A stretch of 64,000 nucleotides of DNA from the human T2T-CHM13v2.0 reference genome, Homo sapiens: the NCBI RefSeq assembly GCF_009914755.1, contig NC_060937.1; one strand, 5' to 3'. The notes beneath the pieces were generated by a model. That model was not told where the DNA came from and searched no databases. It saw only the letters and a list, made by a program, of their open reading frames with translations. The first letter of the stretch is position 1, and each line of letters starts with the position of its first letter. This document shows, piece by piece, positions 43,905 through 59,346 of this stretch. A program made the position numbers and the translations under genes.

Positions 43905-44640
43905 CACATCTGGATTCGTCCACCTTCTAACTATGTCACCTTCTTTAAGTTACTGTATTAATCCATTTAAGCTTCTATTTCTTCATTATTGAGGGATAGT
44001 CATAATGATACCTGCCTGTAGCAATTTTTTAAAAGGAACATACATTTGTTGACACTCCTCCCAATAAAAGGTGAAGTCTATCTTCCCTAACCTTGAACCT
44101 GGGCAGGCTTGTGATTGCTTTAGCCAACCACGTATGGTAGCAGCAATGCTCTGTCTCGAGGCTAGCTCATAAAAGGTCTTTCAGCTTCTGTCTTCTGTCT
44201 CTTACTCTCCAGATGTCTTGTTAGAATGCTACCTCCTGGAACCCAGCTGCCAGGCTCTGAGAAGCTCAAGTCACATGGGGAGGCCACGTGTAGGTGACCT
44301 GGTCAACAGTCTCAGCCAAAGCCAACTCTCAAGTAGTCCCCTGTGGGTGCCAGACATGTAGATCAAGAAACTTCTGGTTGATTTCAACTGCCAGCTGCTT
44401 GCATTACCCCCAGCTGAGGTCCCAGATGTGGTGAAAAAGCAGCCACCCTCCCTGTGCTGGTTGGAATTCCCTACTCAGAGAATTCATGTGCCTAATAAAA
44501 TGGTTTTTGTTTAAGGCCACCACGTTTGGAGTTGTTTGTTATGAAGCAGTAGATGGTCAGATACCTGGAATACTACTTTGAGAGCTGTTGTGCGGGTTAA
44601 ATGACACAATGTATTATCTACCTGGCTCACAATTGCATTA
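43905..44640 (+). mobile_element. MIR split by an MLT1 LTR
   Basis: ctaactatgtcacctt..aagttact..aatgatacctgcc before and gagagctgttgtgcgggttaaatga after the LTR. Confidence 0.5.
44017..44563 (+). mobile_element. MaLR solo LTR (MLT1G-like)
   Basis: ttgacactcctccc, ggaacccagctgcca, gaggccacgtgtagg, ttggagttgtttgttatgaagcagtagat. Confidence 0.78.
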
Positions 44641-44719
44641 AGAAATACTGGTTTCAAGGTGCATGCAAGACATTCAGGTAGATGTCTTAAATTGTAGCAG
44701 CAGCAGTAGCAGCCATAGC

Positions 44720-44965
44720 CACTAACATTCCTGAGCACATCTGATATGCCCAGTGCTATTCCAAGTGTTTTCCATGCATTTAACACACACATTCCTCGAA
44801 ATAACCTCAAGCACTATCAGCCTCACCATTTTACTGATGAGGACACTGAGGCCCATAGACAGGCTAAGTCACTTGTACAAGTCACACAGTCTGCAAGTTG
44901 ATGGATGGAGTTTTGAACCCAGACAGTATGACTGCAGGGCCCTCCACTTAGCCACACTGTTGTGT
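44720..44965 (-). mobile_element. MIR, near full length
   Basis: ccattttactgatgaggacactgaggc..taagtcacttgtacaagtcacacag..tttgaacccagacagt. Confidence 0.75.
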
Positions 44966-45603
44966 TGAGAAGAGTAGGGATGGGATCTGAGGCTGGGAAT
45001 CTAGGAGCTGCTAAATTGCAGAGCCATGGGATACATTTTTTCAAGGAGTGGGTATAGAGATAAGACAAGATTGCCAAGTGCGGGTCTTAGGACATCTGAC
45101 CAGCAAAGTTGGGGGCTAAGAAGACAAAGCAAGAGTGCTCCAAGATGGAAGGGATACAGGGGGGCACCAAGGAGGGTGCAGGATGGGAAAGGAATTTGGA
45201 AGCCTGTCCACCCTCCTCCTATGGGACCCAGTCTTCAGGGCAAGGAGAAATAATATTCGCCACTTAGAATTTTTACCATGGATGTTAAGCTAGTAGAACT
45301 AAGTGTAACTACAACTAAACCTATAGCTGAAACATGAAAACATCGCTGACATTTCCAATGAACATCTCTCCTCAGTAAAGGCTGAGATCCTTTCTCTCAA
45401 GAGAGCTCTCAAGGTTATTTGCAGCTAGGAGAGATATAGTTGTTTCTAAAAGGTTTAATCTTCCCTATTGAAGTCCAAGACACACCAGACACAGAAAAGC
45501 CAGATTGCTCACTCCTTTATCTCTCCAGAGTGATGACCCTGAAAAAGCTCCCTCTGAAGATGCCATGAGCTGCACTGGAAGTTGAACACTTGGAGTGTCT
45601 TCT

Positions 45604-46312
45604 TGAAATTGACCCGATAATCTTATAGATCAGGGGTTGGTGGCCTGTTAGGACCCAGGCCACAAAGGAGGTGGTGAGCTGTGGGTGGGCAAGTGTTACC
45701 ACCTGAAATCCACCTCCTGTCAGATCAGCAGCAGCATTAGATTCTCATACAAGTGCAAATCCTACTGTGAAATGCGCATACGAGGGATCTAGGTTGTGTG
45801 CTCCTTTTGAGAATCTAATGCCTGAGGATCTGAGGTTGAACAGTTTCATCCTGAAACCATCCACCCCACAAACCCCCCACTCCACCCCTGGACCATGGAA
45901 AAATTGTTTTCCATGAAACTAGTCCCTGGCACCAAAAAGGTTGGGGACCATTGCCATAGATAGGTTTGTTTTTGTTCGTTTGTTTGATAAACATACAATA
46001 TTTAATTGCAAATTGACCCCTAGTCTTAAAGCTTGAAACTTACATTTGTTTCATCTGAGTTCCTACCTCAGGAAACAACCTTCAGGTCTCTCAGAAAAAG
46101 TGCCAAAGAACTAAAACTCACCAGGTCAGGCCTCTCAAGTCTGACCCCTCATTTATCATTGTTGCTTCCTTGCCCCTCCTATTTTCTTACACATTGTTAC
46201 ATCCTTTCCTTTCTATATAAATCCCTAGTTTTAGTCCGTCAGGGGAGATGGATTTGAGACTGAGCTCCCATCTCCATGGCTGCAGCACCCGATTAAAGCC
46301 TTCGTCCTTGGA
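45604..46312 (+). mobile_element. LTR47-like LTR interrupted by MER1B, 3'-truncated
   Basis: tgaaattgaccc start; gtcttaaagcttgaaactta, ggagatggatttgagactga..gctgcagcacccgattaaagcc. Confidence 0.6.
45631..45953 (+). mobile_element. MER1B hAT-Charlie MITE
   Basis: cagggg..gtcagatcagcagcagcattagattctcata..gagggatctaggttg..aaaaggttggggacc; 8-bp TSD (tt/cc)atagat. Confidence 0.88.
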
Positions 46313-47515
46313 TTTTACAAATCTAGATGTATCTGTATGGCTTTCTCTGATCAAATTCTACCTGTTGCCATGTTTGCTAACAGTGCTTATAAATCTTGTA
46401 TAGTTCAAGAAACTTTAATTGTAGAATCCCTAGATCAAAGAGGTTCACTCTTGCTATTTTGATTTTCAGTATTTCTAGAACCCTGTCAGAGTTTCTTGTA
46501 TTGTTCTGAACAGTATTTAATTGCAAACAATTTGAAGAAATTCCTTTTAAAGTCTAAGAAAGATATATTTGTCATGTGTAGAGAGAGTGTGTCCTTTTTT
46601 GCACTGGCTGTTTCAAAAATCTGAATAAGAGATGGTTTAGTTGAAACTGTTTATTGTTAAGATAACAATCTGATGATTCCAAAATGAAGTCAACAGTGGA
46701 ATAGTGTTTGTTTTCATGATCAGAAACTCAGTCTGTGTGGAGATGTAGATGTTATAGTTTACTCTGAAGGTTTTTAAAATTACTTTTGATTTTTCTTCTG
46801 GAAGTTTTGCAGAGGCCTTCTGGCCCAGAGTGAAGGTTCTGACTATAACATTTTAGGGCCTGGAAAGATTGCAGTTGCTGTCCTTGTGGATGCAAAGTAA
46901 CGTTGTTCCCTGCTCAGAGGGATTTGAAAGATTATTAAAAATTCAACAGATTTTTCTGAAATCCCTTGTATTTCCCTCGCACATTTTGAAGGCTTTCCTT
47001 TCAGAGAGAACCAATTCACCTGACTTCATAAGAAAAAGAATCCTATCCCTGATCTGATACATTATTGCCATCCTGGTATTTTCTGCCATATTATTGTTTC
47101 CTTGGAGGCCTCAAGGTACAGACATGAAGGTGTGGATTTGGGTGCAAAAAACGGTTAAAGCCACTCATTAAACATGACACCTTCCAGCTAAGAGAAGAAA
47201 AAAAATCCAGTTACACACACACTCAGGTTTGCTTATTTTCTAGGAAAAAAAAATTCCTGTCCTCAGTGGCTCAGGAAGTGCTGTATGTATCTTTACTGTG
47301 CTAAGTGTATAATCTGTCTCCTCAGAAAAGCTAGAAAACAAAATTTTTTAGCAGGAAAACACAAATTTTTAACAGGATAGAGGTCAAAGAGGAAGATCCC
47401 TTTCACAGAATGACAGAAAACACAGAAGTCCATCAAATCAGGTCCCACCATAAGCACAAGCCCTCTCTATATTTGGAGCATACACTTCCTGTCTTCTCCA
47501 AATGTATGTATTTGA

Positions 47516-47520
<5 letters not shown>

Positions 47521-47558
<38 letters not shown>
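47521..47558. repeat. (GT)19 microsatellite
   Basis: Uninterrupted GT run. Confidence 0.97.
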
Positions 47559-47559
<1 letters not shown>

Positions 47560-47980
47560 GGGGGTGGGATGGGAGAAAGGTGGATGGGGAGGATACCTTT
47601 CAGGCCATTAGCTTTCCTGGGCTGTTTGTGATCTGTGAGAATTTTTCCAATGGGGGCTTTTCTATTTCTGGGTCTTACATACTTGGAAATATACATATCA
47701 AAAGGTTCACAAACTCCTTGTAGCAAATCTTGCAGCAAGAAGTCTCCGTTAAATTGAAGCTCTTCACCTCTGACACCAGAAACCATTACATCCCACGCAG
47801 CTGTGGACATGTAATGGAATATACCGTTCTGCCCTGGCTCCCTGGATAACAGATTGCATCTGCACTCAGCTCTAGCTTTTACCAAGAAAACAGTCATTCA
47901 GGTTTCCCCCTTACTTGTCATAAAGAACCCATAAAGCTGCCTCGGCCACACAACAAAGAGATTTTTAAAGGACAGGAAAG

Positions 47981-48288
47981 GGCTGGGGGCGATGGCTCAT
48001 ACCTGTAATCCTAGCACTTGGGGAGGCCGAGGCGGGTGGACCACCTGAGGTCAGCTGGCCAACGTGGCGAAACCCCGTCTCTACTAAAAATACAAAAATT
48101 AGCTGGATGTGTTGGCACGTGTCTGTAATCTCAGCTGCTTGGGAGGCTGAGGCAGGAGAATCTCTTGACCCCTGGGCGGTGGGGGGGGGGAGGTGGGGGT
48201 GGCGGAGGTTACAGTGAGCCGGGATCGTGCCACTGCACTGCAGCCTGGGCAACAAGAGAGAAACTCTGTCTCAAAAAGAAAAAAAAAT
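47981..48288 (+). mobile_element. Alu (AluSq-like) with a left-arm deletion and a G-rich insertion
   Basis: ggcaacaagagagaaactc 3' end; gaggtcag|ctggcc deletion; G-run expansion at 48174-48208. Confidence 0.9.
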
Positions 48289-48853
48289 AGTTAGGAAAAA
48301 ACGATACTAAAATTATATTTCTGGAATTTTTTTTCTGCAGTTTTCAAGCATCTTCTCAACGCCCACCATCCGGAGCTATTTTTTTTCTGAATTATTTCAA
48401 TTAAGAGTGCTTTGTCCTAGCTTTGAACATTTTTCATCAAAAAGGGAACATTTTCAAAAATGAGAATAGTATCCTATGCCTCTCCTTGGCATAGGATAGG
48501 CACTTCTAAAAAGTAAAAGACATCTGACTTTTACATAGTGGTTTGCCCCGTATTGTAGAATCCTTTGTGAAGTAAATTGTTCCAGGGATGGTGGCTGCAT
48601 TTCTACACCAACAGCTCAATGGCATTGAAGGAACAAGGTAGGGCAAGATTCCTTGCCTTGGAGACCTACTTCTGAGACCATTCTTGTGAAAAATTGCATT
48701 TTCTTTGCTTTCAGAGAACCATAGAATTTTATTAAGCCCCTCAACTTTTTATTGTCCAGTACTTTTGAAGTTTTATAATTTTTGACAGTGTGTGTATATA
48801 AAATATGTATGTGCATGTATAATTGGCTGTGAACTTAAAAGTATCTGAGACAG

Positions 48854-49705
<852 letters not shown>

Positions 49706-50559
49706 ACAGGTCTCAATCAATTTAGAAAGTTTATTTTGCCAAGGTTAAGAATGTCCCCGTGACTCAGCCTCAGGAGGTCCTGATGACATGCGCCAAGGTG
49801 ATCAAGGTACACTTAGGTTTTATACATTTTAGGCAGACATGAAACGTCAATGAATACATGTAAGATTTACACTGGTTCCATCTGGAAGGACAGGACAACT
49901 CAAAGTAGGGGCTTCCAGGTCATGAGTGGATTTAAACAATTTCTGATTGGCAATTGGTTGAAAGAGTGTTTGTCAATAGAGAGGAATGTCTGCATTAAAG
50001 AGGTTTGTGGAGACCAAAGTTTTACCATGCAGATGAAGCCTCCAGGTGGCAGGCTTCAAAAAGAATAGATTGTAAATATTTCTTATCATACTTAAGGTCT
50101 GTGTTGATGTCAATGCTGGTCGGCTTTTCCTGAATTCCAAAAGAGAAGAGGGCATGAGGAGGCATGTTTGACCCTCACTTCTCGTCATGGCCTGAGCTGT
50201 CCTTCAGGTTAACTTTGGAGTGCCCTGACTGAGAGGAGGGAGTCCATTCAGATGGTTTGGCAGGGGGGCCTCAAAATTTTATTTTTGGTTTACATTCCAC
50301 TCACACAGGTACTGTATATATTTATAATACATATAGGGGTTTTTTATGTGCTATTTCCACTGGACTTTTTCTGTTTAACCTCCCCCTCCCTTTTCTGATT
50401 CCTTTTGCTAGATATGTCAGAAAATGAAGGATGTCTTTAAATTCATTAAATGACAACTTGGTACAGAACAGGAATTGCCTGGAAGTGCAGTAGGCCCTGT
50501 GACAAAGGTATATAGACACAGGATGGTGGTGGGGATAGCACTGGTTTTGCATCCAATAG

Positions 50560-50770
50560 AAGTAGATTTGAATAAAACCTTAGTCCCTTCCCAGTTCTAT
50601 GTTCTAGGAAAATTTGTTTAACCTCTATGAGCCATGGTTTATTTATTAAAAAAATATAGCTAGCAGTGCTACCTAAATCAAAAGGTTGTTACGAAGACTG
50701 GAAATAATATTCATAAAATACTCAGCATCACATCTGCCATAGATGCAGTCACTAAAATAATAGTTTGTGT
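50560..50770 (+). mobile_element. MIR SINE
   Basis: tttaacctctatgagcc...gtgctaccta..ggttgttacgaagact..aataatatt. Confidence 0.5.
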
Positions 50771-52019
50771 TAATATCGATAATCATGATCAGCAGCAAGT
50801 ATACAGTTTTCGTGCATAAAAGTATGTTTGTATGTGACATTGTGAGAGCCTCAGCCCATGAATGGCTCAGCCAAATTCTCTGATCTTCCATGTCCTTGAG
50901 GGAGAGGAGAATGTCTGTCCACTGCAGGAAGAAAGATTGGTCCCACAGTAGCTGTGACACACCATGCATGGCAAGTGGTAGAGTGCTCATGAATAGCAGA
51001 AATCAGTCATGCTTCCACTGTGTGCAAGCCCTGATGTAGGCCTATTAATTTCTGGGTATTCTTGACCTAGGCCTCTAAGAACTCAGATTTAAAGGCATAT
51101 TCATAACCATCGTATTTCTCAAGATACGAATTCCTTATCCCCTAGAAGTGTCAAGTGCCCCAATTTCCCATTACATGTCTCTCCATCATACATGAGACAC
51201 CCACATAAATTGTTTCCATTACATACAAGCTGGAGATGCAATCTAAACTCAAACAGCAACTCTGGATAAACTGTCAGTATCTGAGTGGTCTATGGGTTTT
51301 AGCCATGCTGATTGTCAGTTTAAGTCTTATTGAAAATGAAGTGAAGTAGAAAGCAACCGGTCAGTTGGTTAATCCATACCACCATCAAGAGCTGAGATTA
51401 GGTGCACCCAGAGCATCAGCTTACACAGAGACAGCTGCAGAGTATGTGCTTTCCCTACTTGCTCTGCGTTCTTACACTGTTGGCCCAGTACCTAGCAGGG
51501 GCTCCAACCTGCTCCCGACACCACAACCTCTGCATGCAATGCCGTCTACCCTGGTGACCCTCTAAGGCTTGAGCTAAACCACAGCCCTCTTAGCTGGGGC
51601 TGGGATTTCCTTTCGAATTTTTTCAGATCTTTCCAGGAGGTGAATTTAATGTTGTGTTTCCTCAATCACTGGCTAGAGTCTGGCTGTGAGTGCACTGATA
51701 TCCCAGAACCACTACCTAATATTTATTTTTTTTCCCACAATTCCTGTGCCTTATGTACTAGATTGAAATTCCTAGTACTGATACTTTCTGAGATAATATC
51801 TGTCCTTTGGATATTATTTTGTCTTGATCTTCAATTCTGCCTTACAGATGCCAACAGCTGCAAGTGGGTGGATTACTCCTTGCTTTCCTGAGTAGGGCCT
51901 TTCCTGGCCTCAGCTCACTAGGCCTTCTCAATAGCCCTGAACCCATCCTATCATGACACTGGACAAATTCCATACCTCACTAACCAGCTGTAGATAAAAA
52001 CTTGAATCAACCATCATCA

Positions 52020-52270
52020 TTTATAGACTCCAGGTAGCTTTCCCTAACAACCAGGACTTCACCTCTTCAGTGAGTTAAGTCTTCATCATCAATGCTTTCC
52101 TAATACATTTTGCATGTCTGTCTCACTGTATTTCTTCTTTGTTTTAACATTGTTTGCAAGTCATTCCTCTTAGAGTGTATATTCCTGGAGGGCAAGGCAG
52201 TGTCTAAGTCATCTTTACATCTCTATTTCTAATACATAGTAGGTACTCAATAAACCAATAAGCAGATGAA
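52020..52270 (+). mobile_element. L2 3' end
   Basis: tcctggagggcaaggcagtgtct..catctttacatct..acatagtaggtactcaataaa. Confidence 0.6.
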
Positions 52271-54978
52271 CAAGGTGCCTTTTAACTCTCAAATTTTATA
52301 ATTCTGGAATCTGTTAATATTGACTCATCTAATTTTGAAGTCAACAAAATGCCAAAAGATAGAGCAAGGAATTACATACACTTTGCTTCTTTATTCCTAA
52401 TGTTTTTTTCCATAATAAGTTGTTGCTGTGTTCTATTTCATTAACGAGAAAAATGAAATAGAAAGAGCTACCCTTTTTTGAACACTTACTGTTAGCTATA
52501 TACCATGCTAAGGGTGTATATACATCAACCCAGCCAGTTTATCCTCCTCCACATCCTATATTATCTTCATTTTATGGAACAGGAAATGGTGATATTTGTT
52601 TTCTATCCATGCCTGAGAAGCACCGCTTATTAGGTAAGGGAGAAACATTCTCTTTCCCCAAGAGTCCTTAGTGTGTAGAATTTCTTTTTCAGTTGGTGCT
52701 TTTGGCAGAGCTCAATCCCTGAGCACACTGAACTTACACTGTTCTTTCTTCATATACCAGACGCGACCCAGAATCTAGTGATGCAATCAAGATATTGACC
52801 TGGTTTTCTAAGATTATGGCAGAATAAGAATTCTGATCTTACTATTATGTCATAGTTAAAGCTGTTACACTTTGACTCTAGTTGGTTTTTTAGGGATGGA
52901 ATGAGTTTTCGATTCCTTTCTTTGGTCTAGCAGGTATCAGGCAGCTTTGAGCAGTGCCCACATGAGTGTTCAGGAAGAAACGGCACCCCCATCCAGTTAG
53001 ATAATCTGGATCAACCACGCCAGTCAATAGGATGGCAAATATTGCAGGTCCACCAACAAATCATCATCTGCTGCCCCAAGGAGAAGGCTGGATTTCCCTT
53101 GCCTGGGTGGTAAATGGTAAATAACGTGGTCCTTAACTTTGGTCTGAATAGACTCTACAGAGTGGGATTCAGAACATTTCATCCAAAAATATATGGTAAC
53201 TCTTAGATTTCAGACCTAGAGCCCTTATGCAATTTTCTACCATGGGGAAGTGACATCTTAGAAATAAAATACAATTTGCCAGGAATCTCTCATAATATAT
53301 GTTCTCATTAGTATAAGGCTCTCAAATTGGCTTTTTCCCCTTCATTTTGAATTTGGTTTGCAGCCATACTCACACACACTAAGGTGCATCCATAAAGAAG
53401 GTAAAATCAAGCTGAGCCTCAACTACATGGATTCCAGCAACACTGTTCTTTCCTCTGACTCCAGGCCAGGGTGGAGAGCTCCTGTGAAGATGTTGGAGTG
53501 AACTGAAGCAGTGTAGGGTAGTGACAAATAACCAAATTTTACTGTTTGGAGTTTTTTAAACGTGAAATATCTAGGTATCTTTGCTATTATCAAAAAATGA
53601 CAACCTCATTTCCATAAAGCAATTTTCCCCACAGCAGTCTCCAAGAGCTTCTCCACAGACCACCTCATCTCTGCACAGCAGGGTGAGAACAGCCAGAAGA
53701 GCCACCATCAGATTCACATGCATGGATTCCACTTTGATTCTCCTTAAAATGCCCAGACTCTTGAGTGACAGGAAAAACCCCATGTCCCAAAGACCTCAGC
53801 TCCAATTTCAGTCTTGTACCTCAAACTTGTTATCTTTGCTCTTCATCTGAACACTTTTCCCCCCCAAAAATTAAACTTTAGATCTGGGAATTCCCTGCCC
53901 TTTTTACATTTACAGGCTTGTAATCCACTCAGTTGAAATCTGTTACGGGCCTCAACAATCAAAACTAATAGTGAAAATGAAAAAAAATGCATCTAAAATA
54001 TTTGTAATAGTGCTATTCCAAAATATCTCATAAGCTGCAGGCAACCTTCAGCAGTCCCCAGCTGTAGTTCCAAATTTGAATCACATCATCATCATATATG
54101 TAATATTTGATCTACAAACTGTGATGACTAAGAGTTGCTAAAACTCTTTTTCTGCTACACTACCACAGGTATTGTTACCAATTATACAAAATCCATGAAT
54201 ACCATTAAATGCTTCTTTATTTTCCCTCTACTTTAATAGAATTTTATTTTTTGATTAAGGGAAACCAAAACATGAAAAGTCTGGTTTACTCAAATCCAAA
54301 TACCATATGTAAGCAAATTTCATAAATGTATCCATGTATACGGACACTCTTTCTACACGTGACAAACAATAGGTTAAAACATATTCGTGCAAACACAATT
54401 CAGTTGTTTTCCATTTGGAATAAACATTTGGCCCAGCATATAAAAGCTACATTAAAAGACTTAGATATGGTAAATAACTTGAACAAAAGAAACTTTGCCT
54501 ATTACTAATACAACTAGAAAGGAGACGGGCTCAAGGATGAGTGAGATTTGTAGTCTTTCTGCAGCACGGCAACGTTTTATACAAGATAATGCCATTCCTT
54601 CCCCTTGGATAAACAACATGAGTCACTCTGTAAGCATTCAACAAATGGGCTCATAAATACCATATACCATCTGTCACTCAAATTTATGAAATCTTTGCTA
54701 ATGTCACTTCAGGACTAAAAATTTCTACCTCAGTTTTTTTTTCCTTCCCTGGAACATAACTAAAAAGGTAACATGCTTGCAGAGACTTGTAGAATTTTGT
54801 AACAGGGACAAAAATAAACAAAAACATCTTTGTGATTCTTCATTCTCAGCAATGTATTAATAACGTTTTCTGATTAAGTACAATGATTATGTTTCTCCAA
54901 AGGAAAAACTCAATGAATCATTTTTAGCCCTAGTTTAACCAAAATTATTCTCTATCTGAAGCAAGTCCAGATGATTCA

Positions 54979-55257
<279 letters not shown>

Positions 55258-55282
55258 AATTACCTACAGATGTTATATGTAA

Positions 55283-55310
<28 letters not shown>
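55283..55310. repeat. (GT)14 microsatellite
   Basis: Uninterrupted GT run. Confidence 0.95.
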
Positions 55311-55316
<6 letters not shown>

Positions 55317-55479
55317 TGTAGTTATATATTATATATAATATATACATGTTTTCAGAAATCTCACAGATTTTTTATTAACAGCATTTTGTTTGATCACAAA
55401 CTAACACTTTTAATTATTGTTCCAGGCCCACATAATCAAGTAATGTTGTCTTTAAAAGTGAGTAAGTCCATTGGAATTT

Positions 55480-56170
55480 TTTTCCCATATTTGTATTAAG
55501 GTATAATTTACATGTAGTAAAAGTCACGCATTTTTCTGTGAGTTTTGAGAAATGTATACAGCCATGTCACCATCACCACAATCAAGATGTGGAATGGTTC
55601 TGTCATTGTCCCAAATGTCTTTTGTACTTTGTAATCAACCCCTCTTCCCACCCTAACCCCTATCCAGTGCTGATATGTTTTCTGTCCCTGTAGTTTTGTG
55701 TTTAAAAGAATCTTATACGAGTGGTATCTTATATAAGTATGTAACCCTTTGAGCCTGGCTTCTTTCGCTTAGAAAAATGGATTTAAGATTCATCCACCTT
55801 GTTGCAGGAATCAGTTCATTGTTTTTTACTGGTGAATAGTATCACATGGTACAAATGTACAATTTGTTTATCTTTTCCTTAACTGAGGGATCTTTTCCTC
55901 AACTGAGGGATATTTGTTTCCAGTTTTGGGTGATTACAAATAAAGCCTTTAAAAAATTCACATACAAGTTATTGTGTGAATATGTTTTGATTTCTCTGAG
56001 GTAAGTACTTAGAAGTAGGGCTGCTGGGTCATGCACTAAAAGTGTACGAATAAGTTCATAAAAAAAGGCCCAACTGTTTTCCCAAGAGGCTGAACCATTT
56101 TTCACTCCCACCTGCAAAGTATGAGAATTCCAGTTATTCTAAAGCCTCACCAACACTTGCCATTATCTGT
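55480..56170 (-). mobile_element. L1ME-type 3' end
   Basis: ggtataatttaca..gagttttgagaaatgtatacagccatgtcaccatcaccacaatcaagat...ccagttttgggtgattacaaataaagc. Confidence 0.8.
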
Positions 56171-56679
56171 GTGATTCTATATCTTTAATGAATTATCCAT
56201 GACTTCTTATGCAGCTAATTCAATGTCTTTGATTTTGAATGAATGTGATTTCTATTTGCAAGGGAAAAAAAATCAAATCACAGAAGAAATGAACTTTATC
56301 TCCTCCTTAGTTGAGCATTTTCTCTTGAGTGGATTGACTTTCTCAGTTTCTGGGGTTCACCTTGACTTGAAACACGATCTTGTGCAAAATCCAGAGTAGA
56401 ATCTGCTGCAGGTTTCTTCATGTCTTCTGGAAGCAATGCCCAATTTCCCTGGTACTTGGGAACAGGACTCTTTCTTCTCATGCTTTGGATGCATTAGATT
56501 AAGTCCAGTGGAGGAACACAAAACATGAAAAGAGCATTCTAAAAAAAAAAAAAAAAAAAAAAAACTCAGTAAAGATTCTATGACCTGCAGAGAATTTGAT
56601 CACATCTTCTTTGTCATTCCTGCTTCCCTGCTTCCCAGCCACCCAAACTGTACTCCTTATTCACAACTTGTAAAAATAA

Positions 56680-58160
<1,481 letters not shown>

Positions 58161-58745
58161 TGGTACCTTGTTCACCCATATTTACTTATTTAGAAAGCAA
58201 ACTACACATATATTGTTTCCACAATTCTCCTTATCTAAATTGCAGTTTGCTGATTGGGATGGTCAGACACACCTGTTTAATGATGCCATGTGGTTCAATT
58301 CACTGTCACTTTACTTCTGCTTCTACAATATTATCTATGCTGTCAGTTCCATAAAGAAAAGCCAGCTAGAGATGAGAACTCCCAAATGAATGTTTGTTCT
58401 TTTCACAAAACACTCTTTCAAGCAAAGCACTATTCTATCTGTTTTCTTCCAGATTTTGGAAATAGGTAAATTAATATACAGTTAAAAACACCAGCACTGA
58501 TTTTGCTTCCATCCTACAATAGCTTAAGGATCTCTGGAAATTGAAATGTGGAGTTATAAAAATATGGTGCTCAATCTTCTAATCCTTTTGTGTCTCTATC
58601 TCTAAAACTAAAATAGAGATTGCAAATACATAGTACTGAAACATTCCCATATTATTCAAGACATCAAATGGTTTTGTACCAATTACCTGGAAAATTGCCC
58701 CTTTACCCTTTATTTATAATTATCCTTATAAATAAAAGGATAATG

Positions 58746-58776
<31 letters not shown>

Positions 58777-58778
58777 TT
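58746..58778. repeat. (TTTA)8 tetranucleotide repeat
   Basis: ttatttatttatt run. Confidence 0.9.
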
Positions 58779-59346
58779 GCCTTTTGCTTCAGCAAACAGA
58801 GATTTAGCTAACACATTACTTTTCCCTGTCCAGTTTCCCTGTTGAAAAAAAGGACACTAGTACTTATTTCCTCCTCATCTCAAGGGACTAATGCTTTGTT
58901 TGAGAAGTGTAAGCGTGTTTTGCCTCAGAACTTCTAAAAAGTAAAAGTATGGAGAGCCCAGAGTGTCACTGGCACAGGGAAGCATCTCCACAGAGTTGTG
59001 TGGTATATGTTCTGATAAATAAACGACAGACTAAAGTTTTTAACACAAGAAGAATTTTGTGGAGAACGGTAGACGGTTGGAACTTATTGTTGGAATCTTC
59101 ATTTGTATAGCCTTGAAACATTTTGACAACACTATGCCAGAAAGAGGGGTGTTCATCAGTTTCTCTATCTTACCTGTCAAATCAGAGTCTGCTTAGAACT
59201 AAGCATTTAGAATCATCTCAAAATCTTATCTTTTATGGGAACACTGCAAATTGTTAAATGATTGCATGATGCTTTGGCTCCTCTTTGCTCTACTCCTGAG
59301 GAAATGATCTTATAGCATAGTGATTCAAAAAATACTTGTTTGAATG

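Noticed and set aside
47433-47897. 154-aa minus-strand ORF
   Set aside because: Runs through the (GT)n repeat (THTHTH) and has no recognisable domain
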